The notes below the pieces were generated by a model that searched no databases, was not told the origin of the DNA, and was given only the letters and a program-made list of their open reading frames with translations. This document shows positions 1 to 10,794 of a DNA stretch of 64,000 nt, one piece after another. The translations under genes were made by a program, and so were the position numbers. The stretch's first letter is position 1; each line of letters begins with the position of its first letter. Source of the stretch: Neophaeotheca triangularis (lineage: Eukaryota); assembly GCA_054600435.1 (NCBI GenBank), contig BAAIJX010000005.1, positions 62,001 to 126,000 of the forward strand, in the 5' to 3' direction.

Positions 1-2
1 CC

Positions 3-491
3 ACAACCGCATCACAACCACCCCCGGAAATCGCAATCGCCTCCAACACCTCCTCCTCGGACCCAAACGCCCCCCAAACCACCACTGCAACCGCCCCTTC
101 AACAACCGCTACCTCGGCCCTCCCCTCCAATCCAACCAAAAAACACAACCCTTTCCTTCCCTTCCGCAACCCGACAACAGGAAATTGGCACAGTGCCCCC
201 ATCTCCCTCCGCCGACAAGCCGAACTCTTCAAACTCGCCCAACTCCACCACGTCCTTCCGCTCATGCCGGAATCGCCCAAACACCCTGAGACCAAGGAGC
301 AGAAGCGCGTGCAGAATGGGTTGCGAGTGCAGGGAACCGGGTTGGGGAGGAAGGTCAAGGGTAAGATGTGGGAGCGGACATTGAAGGGACGGTTGGAGGC
401 GAGGAAGACGGCGATGGAGGGGATGCCGGAGATGATAAGGCTGTGGAAGGAGAGAGGGCATGGGAGGGGGTGGAAGAAGTGGCCGAAATGA
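3..491 (+). CDS. MRPL25: Mitochondrial large-subunit ribosomal protein mL59 (5'-partial)
   Basis: Frame open from the window edge. It reads NPFLPFRNPTTGNWHSAPISLRRQAELFKLA...KVKGKMWERTLKGRL...RGHGRGWKKWPK*, matching fungal mL59 motifs as I recall them. Confidence 0.88.
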   Translation, partial: TTASQPPPEIAIASNTSSSDPNAPQTTTATAPSTTATSALPSNPTKKHNPFLPFRNPTTGNWHSAPISLRRQAELFKLAQLHHVLPLMPESPKHPETKEQKRVQNGLRVQGTGLGRKVKGKMWERTLKGRLEARKTAMEGMPEMIRLWKERGHGRGWKKWPK

Positions 492-945
492 GGGGAGGAT
501 TTTCCCGGCTGGGGGAAGTTTATTGGCGCTTTCTTGTTGGTTTATGGGCATTCTATGGGTTTTTGAGCCACATGCTAGGCTCGATGCATGGCCTTGTCGG
601 GCGATGGGAGGGAATTGTACGCTGGAAGCTTTGTAAGAGATGGATGGCTGTGAGATCAGATGTACATGTACATACTACAATGACGTGGAAGAAGACGCGC
701 GCAAGAAATGAAAGAGCATTTCGTTGGCCCTAGGCATCCTTGGACGAGTTACTGGTATTTCGGGAAATGCAAATCCCTCCCTCACTGAACCTGCGCCACA
801 ACCATCCAGCAGGCAAAAGAGAAAACTCCAGACTGAAGCACTCACCCAACGCCCCCATCTCTTTCCTAATAATTCTTGCAACCCAACCCCAAAAGCCCTC
901 AAGCACCCCCACTTCCCCCTCCCCCCTCCAACCTTCCCCCCAATC

Positions 946-1611
946 TCAACCTCTCCAAAACCTTCCCCCCAGCGGATCACCCTTCCCCATCTCGCACCCG
1001 CCGAACCCAGCCTCAACAAGCACTTCCCAGACCTCCTCCCGACTAACCTTGTACCCAGTTTTCGCCCACCGGGAATTCAGCCAATCGGCTAGAGCGTCCG
1101 AGGAATGTTCCCACGAGGTCAGGTGGGCGAGGTAAGAGGTTTGGATGAGGTGTTTGATGGGGTCGGGGATTGGGGACCTAGAATGGCTAAAGACGGGTCC
1201 CGAGGAGGGCTTTGATGGTTTGCTGAATTTGGTTAGTTTGGTCAGTCTGCAGCGTCTGGCCGATTTTGGGCTGGGATGTGCTCCTCTTTGGGGGCTGGGA
1301 TGGGAGGCGCGAGTAGACGTGGGAATGGGTTTGGAGCTAGTGGACTTGGAGGCCGCCTTGAACGCCGACTTGGCCTGAGAAGAAGATGGAGAGCAGTCTC
1401 CAGAAACTCGACTCTCGCCTCCGCCGTTGGAGGCGGATGATCTTCGAGACTGGAGTCTAGCATTGAGTTTAGTCAGAAACCCGGCCGGAGAATCAAGGGG
1501 TTGCGGCAGTGGTGCTAGTGGAGGGCACATACTTTGCGGTGTTTGGCTTGTAGGTTTGCAGTCTTGTCGTACAGGGTTTTCTGGTGGCTGGTGGTCAATT
1601 GTAGCTTTCAC
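946..1611 (-). CDS. Hypothetical protein (Ser/Pro-rich N-half, helical C-terminal domain); 5' end unresolved
   Basis: Frame is open from about 1839 to the stop at 946. First ATG is at 1530; a possible acceptor CTAAC...CTACAG ends at 1737. No family recognised. Confidence 0.45.
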   Translation of the reverse strand: MKATIDHQPPENPVRQDCKPTSQTPQSMCPPLAPLPQPLDSPAGFLTKLNARLQSRRSSASNGGGESRVSGDCSPSSSQAKSAFKAASKSTSSKPIPTSTRASHPSPQRGAHPSPKSARRCRLTKLTKFSKPSKPSSGPVFSHSRSPIPDPIKHLIQTSYLAHLTSWEHSSDALADWLNSRWAKTGYKVSREEVWEVLVEAGFGGCEMGKGDPLGGRFWRG

Positions 1612-2648
1612 GTGTCTCGGGGTCAGAGTGATTGATGGTCTGGGATATATCGTCGTCTCGGCGTCTGCTCTTGCTCCTGCTCTTGCTCTTGTTATTGGAC
1701 TTCCCGTGTATAATTCTCTCGACCGGCGAGAGATGTCTGTAGGTGAGTTTAAGAAGTTAGTCGATAAGGCAGAGCAGACAGAGCAGATGGAAAGGACTTG
1801 AAGTGTAAAGTTAGTAACCCGTGGGAGATGGCAGGGCAGTTATCTCTCTGCAGGGGGCCTCTTGTAAGTATACAGACTTCCCTTGTGGTATTTTACGGTG
1901 TCGTTGGAGGGCATAATATCTTTGTGTTGGGACAAAGGGAGCGTGGTTCTTTGGACGTGGACAAAAAGAGGCTATAAAGGGGCATTGTTGTGCTGTGTTC
2001 TGCAAAGCCTACCTCTTTATTCTGAAGGACGATTGATGACCTTAGGGGTTTCATGAGCTGCTGTGACGAGTTGGATCATTCTGTATTTGGTGTAGAGGGA
2101 GCAGGGTCTGAAGGCTTTGTCGTAGTCAGTCGTATACTTGCAAGGCTGGATAATGTTGTCAAGCTGCTCAAGCCGGCTTGAGGGTGAGCAATCAGTGCCA
2201 GCTGCTGTTTCAAGGCAGGAAGGCATCCTCGGAGGTTGCCATTTGTAAAAGAATAAAAAATGAAAGCCGGTCGAGGAAGGTGCAGAGCTTGTGGTAAGTA
2301 CGCTTGAGACATTATCACAACAGAAACGCTTTGTTGGTACTGGTACAATTTTGTACATTTCTCGTATCTCGTGTCCTCGCTATGCTAAACAATTGGGCCC
2401 GGTCGACAGTGCTTGGGGTATACTTCGCCATTCGCCCTGCAGGTGCTCTCTCTCTCTCTCCCGCATCTCCCTGCAATGGCTTTCACTCGAGAGCCTGCAG
2501 AATGCGCAACGTGGTAATCGATGCTTGAAAGAAAATTCTCGCTTCTTGCTTTCTCTTCAAAGTAAGTTATTGCTGGCCTTCATCTCCCGACGAGTGGATT
2601 AATAAGGCGACGAATTACTGGCCTTGTCAAAGAGAAGTTTGTCAGCTT

Positions 2649-4295
2649 TTAGTTCTGAGGTCCAAGTTTGGGGTTCAAACATCCAGGGGCAAGGTTCTCA
2701 CCTTCACGACGCTGCCAAATCTGAATGTACGTCTCGGCATTGTTGAGAAGATGTTCGGCGACTGACTCGACGTGCATGTCCTGCAGAGCCCACCAAACGG
2801 GTCGCTTGGCCGGCTCTCCCTCAACAACCTGGACTTTGAAAACCTTCTTCGTCTCCTCACCTGCGACACTGTCGTCGCGGAGAGTGACGGCCTCGTGCGT
2901 GATATTGGCGACCATGTCGTAATAGATTGGCTTTTTGGAGGGGTGGTGTGTCTTGCTGGGTTCGGTGAATTCGTTCATGTTCAGGCCGAGGCGGGTGAAT
3001 GCGACGATGTGGCGGCTGCGCTCGGGCCTTCCGTGTTTGTTCTGGAAGAAACGGGGAAAGTACATGATGAGGTAGGGGGGAAGAGGGTGCATCAGGCGGT
3101 AGCGCATACGCTTGTCGTTCTTTGCCACAGTGACTTGACCATTGTACTTCTTCAACAAGTCTAGAAGGTCTGCCCTTGGGATAGCGTCTTCGAAGAGTGA
3201 ATTCGTTGGAAGGTCGACAGGAAGAGTGACAAAGCGCATGTTGGTGGTCTTGACAGGGGTGTTCTCAAAGGCCAAGTTGTCTTTCTCGTCGGCTTTGGTG
3301 GTGATGTCCTGAGCTTCGACACGCAGGTGCCCTTGGAAAAGGTCGGACATGATGGACCTGTTGGTCTTGGTATCGCCCGAAGTGATGCTATCCTTCGTAC
3401 CACCAAGACCACGGTGTAGCTTGTTGAGCAGCAGGGCCAAAAACTTGAAGGGATCGGACTGTTTTGTAAAGTCGTATTCCTTGTCCGTGCGAAGACTGAT
3501 TTCTTGTAGGAGCTCGTGAGGGGAGACGTGTCCCTTGAAGGCTTTTGGGTTCCACATCTTGCGCATTAGAATGCCGAAACGCTTTGCCATCTCTGTATCC
3601 CCAACGTTCTTCTCGAGCAAGAATTTGTTGCGAAGCGGACGGATATGAGCGAGCGCCTGCATGACGCAGTTGAACCAGTCGTTGTTCTTGAGGTCCTGAA
3701 GCCCTACAAACCCAGGCTTGAACTTGGTCTTGCCATCCTGCGCGAGAACAAGGTTGTCGAACGTATCCTTGTCGATCTTCTCGACCTGCTGTGGGGTGTA
3801 GATGGGGTCCAGGTTGTACTTGACGTCGTTGAGGCTCTTGCTGGTGACTTCGTAGCCCTCAGGCAAGGCGTAGATCTTCTTGGTCTCGAGGTTGATGACA
3901 ACGTTGTGGTTGTTCTCGAGAGCGTGGAAGTATAGTGGGGTTTTGGGGCCCCTCCCCGCAAAAAACTTGCCGCAGACCAGGCAGCCGTAGATGTGGTTGG
4001 TGACCATGGTCACCGAGCAGAGCTTCTCGAAGTCGAAGTCGAGTCGCTTCCTCTCCACCTGGTCGAGGTACATGTCCTCGAGGCCCTCGTGGGGCTTGTC
4101 CATGCGTAGCTGCGCCTTTGTGTTGTTAATATCCTCACTCCGCGCGACTTCACCACCTGTGCTGGCGTCTACTTCTCCCTCGTCCTCGCGCGAGTCCGGC
4201 TGCTGCTCCAGCAGCGCCTCCACGTCCTCCTCGCTCTGCTTCATCTTCTTGAAGCCCGGAGACTCCAAGACCTCCTCTGCGCTTCGCTTTGTCAT
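2649..4295 (-). CDS. SAD1: U4/U6.U5 tri-snRNP protein Sad1/USP39 (ZnF-UBP plus inactive USP domain)
   Basis: 548-aa intronless ORF with LDFDFEKLCSV, CLVCGKFF, PGFVGL..KNND (Asp at the catalytic Cys position) and WNPKAFKGHVSPHELLQ. Confidence 0.93.
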   Translation of the reverse strand: MTKRSAEEVLESPGFKKMKQSEEDVEALLEQQPDSREDEGEVDASTGGEVARSEDINNTKAQLRMDKPHEGLEDMYLDQVERKRLDFDFEKLCSVTMVTNHIYGCLVCGKFFAGRGPKTPLYFHALENNHNVVINLETKKIYALPEGYEVTSKSLNDVKYNLDPIYTPQQVEKIDKDTFDNLVLAQDGKTKFKPGFVGLQDLKNNDWFNCVMQALAHIRPLRNKFLLEKNVGDTEMAKRFGILMRKMWNPKAFKGHVSPHELLQEISLRTDKEYDFTKQSDPFKFLALLLNKLHRGLGGTKDSITSGDTKTNRSIMSDLFQGHLRVEAQDITTKADEKDNLAFENTPVKTTNMRFVTLPVDLPTNSLFEDAIPRADLLDLLKKYNGQVTVAKNDKRMRYRLMHPLPPYLIMYFPRFFQNKHGRPERSRHIVAFTRLGLNMNEFTEPSKTHHPSKKPIYYDMVANITHEAVTLRDDSVAGEETKKVFKVQVVEGEPAKRPVWWALQDMHVESVAEHLLNNAETYIQIWQRREGENLAPGCLNPKLGPQN

Positions 4296-6200
4296 GGTGT
4301 GTGTTGTCAGCGGAGTTGTTTTGGGTATGGTGTCGATGAGGTGGAGGTCAATGTTTCGCTTTCACATGCGAAAAGTTACAAATGTTCGGCGCGGAAAGCG
4401 CGATCGGGCCCAAGCTTCGGAGCTCCTATCGATAAGGGATATCTCTTGGCGCCAGAGACATCTTCCAACCTCACCTGGCCTGGGCAGTCGAACTTCTTCT
4501 CAGCTAGATGCACTCACTCCAAAGGCGAGCAGATGCCATCGGTGCAGCACGCCAGCTCGTGGCGTAGGCTGCCGCAGCACGCTACCATGAGTACTCGACC
4601 GGAGCCGAGAAGGCGACGCATCGCAGCTATCAAACGACCCGAGCTCCCTTCGAGGCTACGTGCGCACCCGCCAAATGCGAGCATACTCAATCTGCGCAGT
4701 GCGTTATCAAACCACCCAAGCTCTCTTCGAGGCTCTCCCAGCCAAGATTCGGCTCGATATGTGGAGGCCATCCCCGGTCTCGAGGCAGGCATGATCGAAT
4801 TGCAAGCCGCTCGAATCCGAACGGTCTAATGGTCGAGACTTGTAGTTGCTGCCGAGGAGACCATACCGGCGCCATGCTACCCGGACCTCCTCAAGGCTCC
4901 CAGTCAAAACCGATACCGTCGAATAGCCGCTCGCCAGATTCGTTAGGCAACCGTGCGCGGAGTATATTTGATTGAAGCCCAGTCAAGCGCTGGTGTATGC
5001 ACCCCGTCACCGCCAGAATGCGAAGCAACTTAAGCCATTAAGCCAGCTACTAGGGTTCTCAGCCATTATCCTCGCTGGGGTTTGAAACATCATCTCTCAA
5101 TGATGATCGCCACTGGCGGGACTTTATATTAACTACCAGTAAGGGATTCTCTTCCCTTGCTCCAGTCAATACGCCCGAGACGACCTGAGCGCTCTGCACC
5201 GCATCGTGCCAGCAATTCCGGTAGTGCGGATGCCTTATATTCACTGAGCTGTGGTCGTACCTGGAAGGAGTGAGCGTGTAGACGTAGATAGCGTCCTTGC
5301 TGGTAGCAAGAGCGATGAATGGATGTTGAAAAGCAGCTTGGTTTGGTGCTATTCTTTCCCGATATGGCTTAGGAATGAAAGGGGCTTGGAAACCCTAGCT
5401 AGTATCCTAAGTGCAAGTGCAAGTGCATGCAATCAATACACTTTTGGTGGACGTTTGAGAAACCATCGAGTGTGTCTTGTTATTCGAAGGAGTATCATCA
5501 CTTTAGACTGTCGGGCGCTCATGTTGGGAAAACAGGTAATTTCAAGTAGTCACTCCGGAAAGTACAGGTACTCAGAACCTGGTCTTACGGTGCAGAGGAG
5601 ATCGAGACGAGGGTACAGGGTCGTTACAAAAAAAAAGCAGGAGAGGGGCGATGACTTCACCCGCTCGTAATAGAGCAGTATTGGCGCTCGCTCGGCTTGA
5701 ATGACAACCATCGACGATAGGAGTAACGTCTCCGCCGACAGCAGCTCCCACGCCTCATCCATAGAAAACCAGAACGGTCAATCGATTGCAGTGTAGTGGT
5801 ATCATATGCTCAAAACCATGGCCTGCACCTTGTGCTGCCTTGCCATGATGCCCAGCCCATTGCTTCCCATGCGTTCCGGAACCGGAAACCCCTTGGAAAA
5901 GGAAGCGAGACCATGTCTCCCCTCGCCTCCCTACATTGCACCATGGATTCAATGAAACGCCGATGCATCCCAGCCAAACACCAGAAGACCGGAAAATGCG
6001 AAAACGCCAGCCATCATGTCCCAACCCCCCTCTCCGTTGTCGTCGTGGTAGGTATCGCGCAAGTTCTTTGCATCAACGCCTCCTTGCCCGCATCCTGGGG
6101 ACAAGAGACGCTGCCCCAGAGTGAATGAAACTGTCAAGAACGCCCCTTTGAATGATAGCTGGAAAGCTGCCAAGGCTGCCTGTGTTGAAGGAAGCCAGAA

Positions 6201-9200
6201 CTAGCGAGGCGGCGTGCCAGCCGCGGCGCTTCCGCCGCCCTTGCCGCTCGACCCGGACACTGAGCCCCTCTTGGTGGTCGTCTGGGCGTGGGCGATCTTC
6301 TTGCGAATTGTGTGGAGCCTGTGGCGGTTGCCTTCGATGACTGTAAAACAGAGTTAGTCTGAACAATCTCCGCAGTGAAAGGGTAAAAAGGATCAAAACT
6401 CACGCCTCACCACCGTAGCCCTGTCCTCCGTCTCCATGCCGTTGATGATTTCATCGTCTGCCTTTTCCCTCATCTTACTAGGGCGACGAATGAGCGGTTC
6501 ATCGTCGCTTTCCAGCACACCCTCGAGCAGCATAACAGCTGTCTGATAGCTGATCTCGCAGTCCGGAAGGTCGGTGCCCAGCAGCTCCGTCACGGCAGCC
6601 GCGCGACTCATCTCCACAGCGCGCTCGAACATGAGTTTCTCAGCGGTGATGCCACTAGTGATTTGAATCGGGTCTGTGGAGGCGTTGACAGTGCCGGAGC
6701 CGCCGGAAGAGCTGTGGTTCTGCGGATGCCCTGGATGGTCTTCCGGCAAACGCTTCTGCGACTCGAGCAATTTACGACCGACTATCTCGCACTTTTCAAA
6801 GCACTCATTGAAGCGGTTGCGGCTCCACTGGACTAGGTTGTTCATGCGCGTGCTGATCTCCGCTGCTGGCGTAGTTGACTTGGGTGAAGAGCCTTCAGTC
6901 GCCTCACGGGTCACCTCACCGTTGTTGCGCTTTTGTTGCTTACCCCACCAGTATCCGGCTAGATCGATCGTCTTGGCAAGAATTGCGAGAGTCTTGACGT
7001 ATAGTACGAGCGCTTCTTCGCAGACACCGACGAGCATCATGTTAGTAGTGATTCTATCCTCTTCCTCATCGTCTCCGGCTTGTTGCGTTTGCCCTTCGCC
7101 GCCAATTTGCTGTATTCCTAGGCCCTCCTTTGCAGATGGTGTGGGCGGAAAGATTTGCTGGAACTTTACTTCTGCAAACCCGTAGATGACATCACTGCGG
7201 TGTGCAGCATCTTCCATAGTCCGAGCAATTTTAGTGTCCTCGTCAGCCTGACGCTTGCTTTCGTTGCCGTCGCCTAGCGCAAGCGGAGCTTGTGGGGTTG
7301 GGTACGTAGGAAAGGCTGAGTAGACGTTGTTAGGAGGGGATTGGCCCGTCTGCCACGGAGGGGAAAAGCCAGCGCGCGCGGCCCCCGCGTTGACGACCTT
7401 TTGAATGTAGGTATGCAGTGTCTGCCCGCCGTATCGTCTTTCGATCGAACCTATGCGTGTGTGAACCCCCTGTTGTCGGGCGTTTGAATGTTGTGCACCC
7501 GTAGTGAAGGTTGGCTGGCCCTGCGTAGTCGCACGCCGAATCATGGCACCTTGATGTGGAGGTTGGGCGTTGACAGCCATCTCGTCCGCAAAGGCGTTGA
7601 CCTCTACAGCACGCTTCTCTACCACAACGTACTCTTTCTCGAAAGCAAGCGCCTCATCTCGCCTTTCACGCTCCGCTTGCCGAGCATTCTCGGCCTCATT
7701 GTTCGATTCTTCTTGAATCATCGGGCGACCAGCCAGAGGCGATGCGCGGCTTGGACGACGCTCCATCCTCGCTACGGGCGGTTGGGCCTGGTGGAGCTCT
7801 TGACGACCAGGTGCCGTAGCGTGCGGGACGATACTAGGACGACGCTGGTCACGCGTGCTAGACTTACGAGGGATATCGCGTGGCTCTGCCTTGTTCTGGC
7901 TGCCGGAGTGCCTGCGCCGAAGATTTTCGTCGTCACCGCGTTGACGCTCATCAGAATTTCGATCCTGGCGACTGGGACTTCGTTGGACCTCGTCCTGCAG
8001 ACCTCTCTCCTGTAAACGAGGCCTCGTCGTCTCAGCCTCCGAAGCAGCTGAAGCAGCAACTTGCTTACCCATCCTACGGCTGAGTTCTGAGACCGGTGCA
8101 TCTGACTCTGTCTCGGACTTTAGCGTGTTTGTCTCAATCTGATCTTCATCCACCAGCCCGGGGATCGGTCCTGTCACCACAGGGTCCGCAAAAAAGTCTT
8201 CGTAGGATACACGGTCCAAAGGGCTCTTCTTCAACAGCTTACGAATGCAGTCCTTCATGCCCCGGCTGATGGTGATGTTCTTGTTGTCGAACAAAATTTG
8301 GTCGTTAGCCTTTTCGATCCTCCTAAGCAATTCGACGTGGTTTGATGCACGGAACGGCGGCTTGCCAACCACCATTTCATGGAGTACAGTACCAGTGGAC
8401 CACAAATCTGCTCTCGCGTCGTACTTCTCGTAGCGTAGAATCTCCGGTGCCATGTACAATGGAGATCCGCATAGAGTTTCGGCCATGGATGTTGACGGTA
8501 GGTGACGGGCAAAGCCAAAGTCTGCAATCTTTAGCATTGGCAGAGACGGCACACCAACAGCAGGCGTCAGGGAGTTCTCGCTTGCAGCAAGTGGCAAATC
8601 TTCAGCGCTTTGCTTGGCCATTGCAACTGGTGATGGGTTTAGGAGCAGGTTCTGCGGCTTGATGTCACGGTGGATGAAGTTCCTATTCCTCAAATACTCC
8701 AGCGCGCTGGCGATCTGCTTGAGGAAATGACGAGCTAGCACCTCATGTAAGCCTCCATGCTCCGGGTTTGGGTACTTGCGAAAAATGTCACTGGTCTCTG
8801 GGAACTGATGTAGGGTGGTGCGCTTCTTCATGAACTGTGCCAGGTCGGAAAGCTTGCAGTACTCCATGACCAGGTAGATGTACATGGGCTTCTCCTCGCA
8901 AAGAAACAGAGCGACGATATGCGGATGCTGTAAACTCTTGAGGATGCGGACTTCGGATTCGAGGTTGTCTTTGAGCTTGCGCGTGAGCTTCGACATTTGA
9001 ACGGCCTTGACGGCGGCGTAGGACCTCTTCTTCTATTGAATAGTTAGTAAGATGATCTCGTCAGTGTGCTTGTCTCAGCTCGGTGTAATCTTTCTTAGCG
9101 CTACGTACCCTGTGCTTCGCGAGAAAGACGGTAGCAAAACTGCCCTTTCCTATCTCCTTGCCCCGTACGAAATCGCCTATGATCTCGCCTGGTCCGGTGT

Positions 9201-9261
9201 CTGAGCTTGGAGCCGCACGTCTCGAGGACAATGCCGGCGCTGGCTCGCGCGGTGCAGCCAT
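6201..9261 (-). CDS. ATG1: Autophagy Ser/Thr kinase Atg1 (exons 9261-9109, 9032-6404, 6340-6201)
   Basis: GKGSFATV, HRDIKPQNLLL, DFGFAR, AETLCGSPLYMAPE and C-terminal EEALVLYVKTL/AEKLMFERA region. Introns GTACGT..TACTAAC..TAG (9108-9033) and GTGAGT..ACTAAC..CAG (6403-6341) splice in frame. Confidence 0.96.
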
Positions 9262-9799
9262 GATTGCGAGGAAGAGGTGGCTTTGCGCCTACTTGTCGCT
9301 TTCGCCTCCTCTTTTATATATTGCTTTGTACCGGTACCGGGCTGTTGGAGCTATCCTGTAGGTGCCTGCATCGGTGGCTGGTGTGATTTGAAGTTTGTTC
9401 GAGGCGAAGAAACGAAGAGGCGAAGAGTTGGGTTGTGAGGATGTAGGTAGGCGGCTGTTGCGAATCCGGCGTGACGTGCTGTCGAAGCTTTGAAGTCGTG
9501 ACGGCCCACGTGAGACTTAAATGCACGCGGAGGGAATTCGTAGGATGAAGATGAAAGAACGCGCTTAGGTGAAGATGTTTGACGAGGGGTGACGAGCGGT
9601 TGAGTTGTCGAGTCACGAGGTGCTATGGATGGCGTGGTGGAAGGCGGCGGTCAGTGCAGGCTGAGGGGAGGGTCAAGGAACGTCGGGGGAAGAGTGTCTG
9701 GCGTGGCTTGCGTGGGTATACAGTAAGAAGGGGTTGATGAGTATGTAAGGTAGGTATTGGATGAGGGTGCTTAGGGGGAACGGCGAGCAGTTAGGTATG

Positions 9800-10290
9800 A
9801 AGAGGCAAGGCTACCTAGGTAGGCTACGCCTCATGTAGGTACCTTCTAAGGTGCCGGTGACTGACTGACTGGGGGTGATGATGGCCGCCCGGGGAGCTTC
9901 ACGGGCATCGACCAGCTGATAGGCATGCACAAGCTTGACTAGCGCCGCGATAAGAGTCGGACCTCACCCGGCTCTGCACTACCCTACTGTCCTCTGTAAC
10001 TCCACATACTTGTAGGTACCTTACCTACCTACAGTAGGTACTTACTTATCTATCCCCTCTTCTGGTCTTGTCTGCAAGATACCTCCCTCCTTTCCCACGT
10101 ACCACCAAAGACAAGCTTCTCAACACGTCAACGCCTCACCGTCTCCTATCGAAAGGTCCTTGTCGCTGCCAATGCCACCGTGAAGTCGAGCCATCGACCC
10201 CGCTAATGGTGTTGTCGTCCGTTGCCCCATGCAGCGTACAGTGATACCTAGGTTAGTAGGTAGGTAGAAAGTAGGTACCTACCTAGACAC
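9800..10290. repeat. Cluster of TAGG/CCTA-based simple repeats and palindromes
   Basis: CTACCTAGGTAG 9811-9822, GTAGGTACCTTACCTACCTAC from 10012, TACCTAGGT 10245-10253, GTAGGTACCTAC 10271-10282. Confidence 0.8.
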
Positions 10291-10794
10291 CGGCACCACG
10301 GCCTTTATCGCCGTCATGATCATCACCGCAGCAGTGACTTCTCCAGCTCTATCCCTCTGGTCGGAACCGGCACCGGCTCCACCAAATGCACTGCAGCTCT
10401 GGTAGAGCAGCTTCTATTACAGCGAAACCTTGCATGACGATAGCGAACGGATTTTGTAGCGACTTCTCTGAGCGAATCACAAATCTCATTACGCCCACAA
10501 GGCAGTTGAAACGTCTAGATGTACATAAGCAATCGTGATGGAAGAATCTATGAACAACCCAAGCCAAACTCCTTTTGCAATTGTCGCGCAGGAGTCGTGA
10601 CTTCGACTCGGTTGCAAGACCATCCCATGAGCGCCGGTAAGTTGCGCGGAGCGACCAGGGCAGCCAATTGGACCATCGAGACTCCGATCAAAGCAATACC
10701 CCAAAAGCAAGCCAGGATAAACGCCACGCTTCCAAACCCCAAACAAGACCGTTATAACTTACACCACACATCAGAACAAGTCCCTAACAACCAC

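Noticed and set aside
4299..6150. Several 60-180 aa ORFs between SAD1 and ATG1, including an 80-codon ATG ORF at 4587-4829
   Set aside because: No motifs, coding-like bias or consistent splice model; cannot be supported.
9800..10290. CRISPR-like or MITE interpretation of the palindrome cluster
   Set aside because: No constant repeat-spacer period, no terminal inverted repeats with target-site duplication, and a eukaryotic context.
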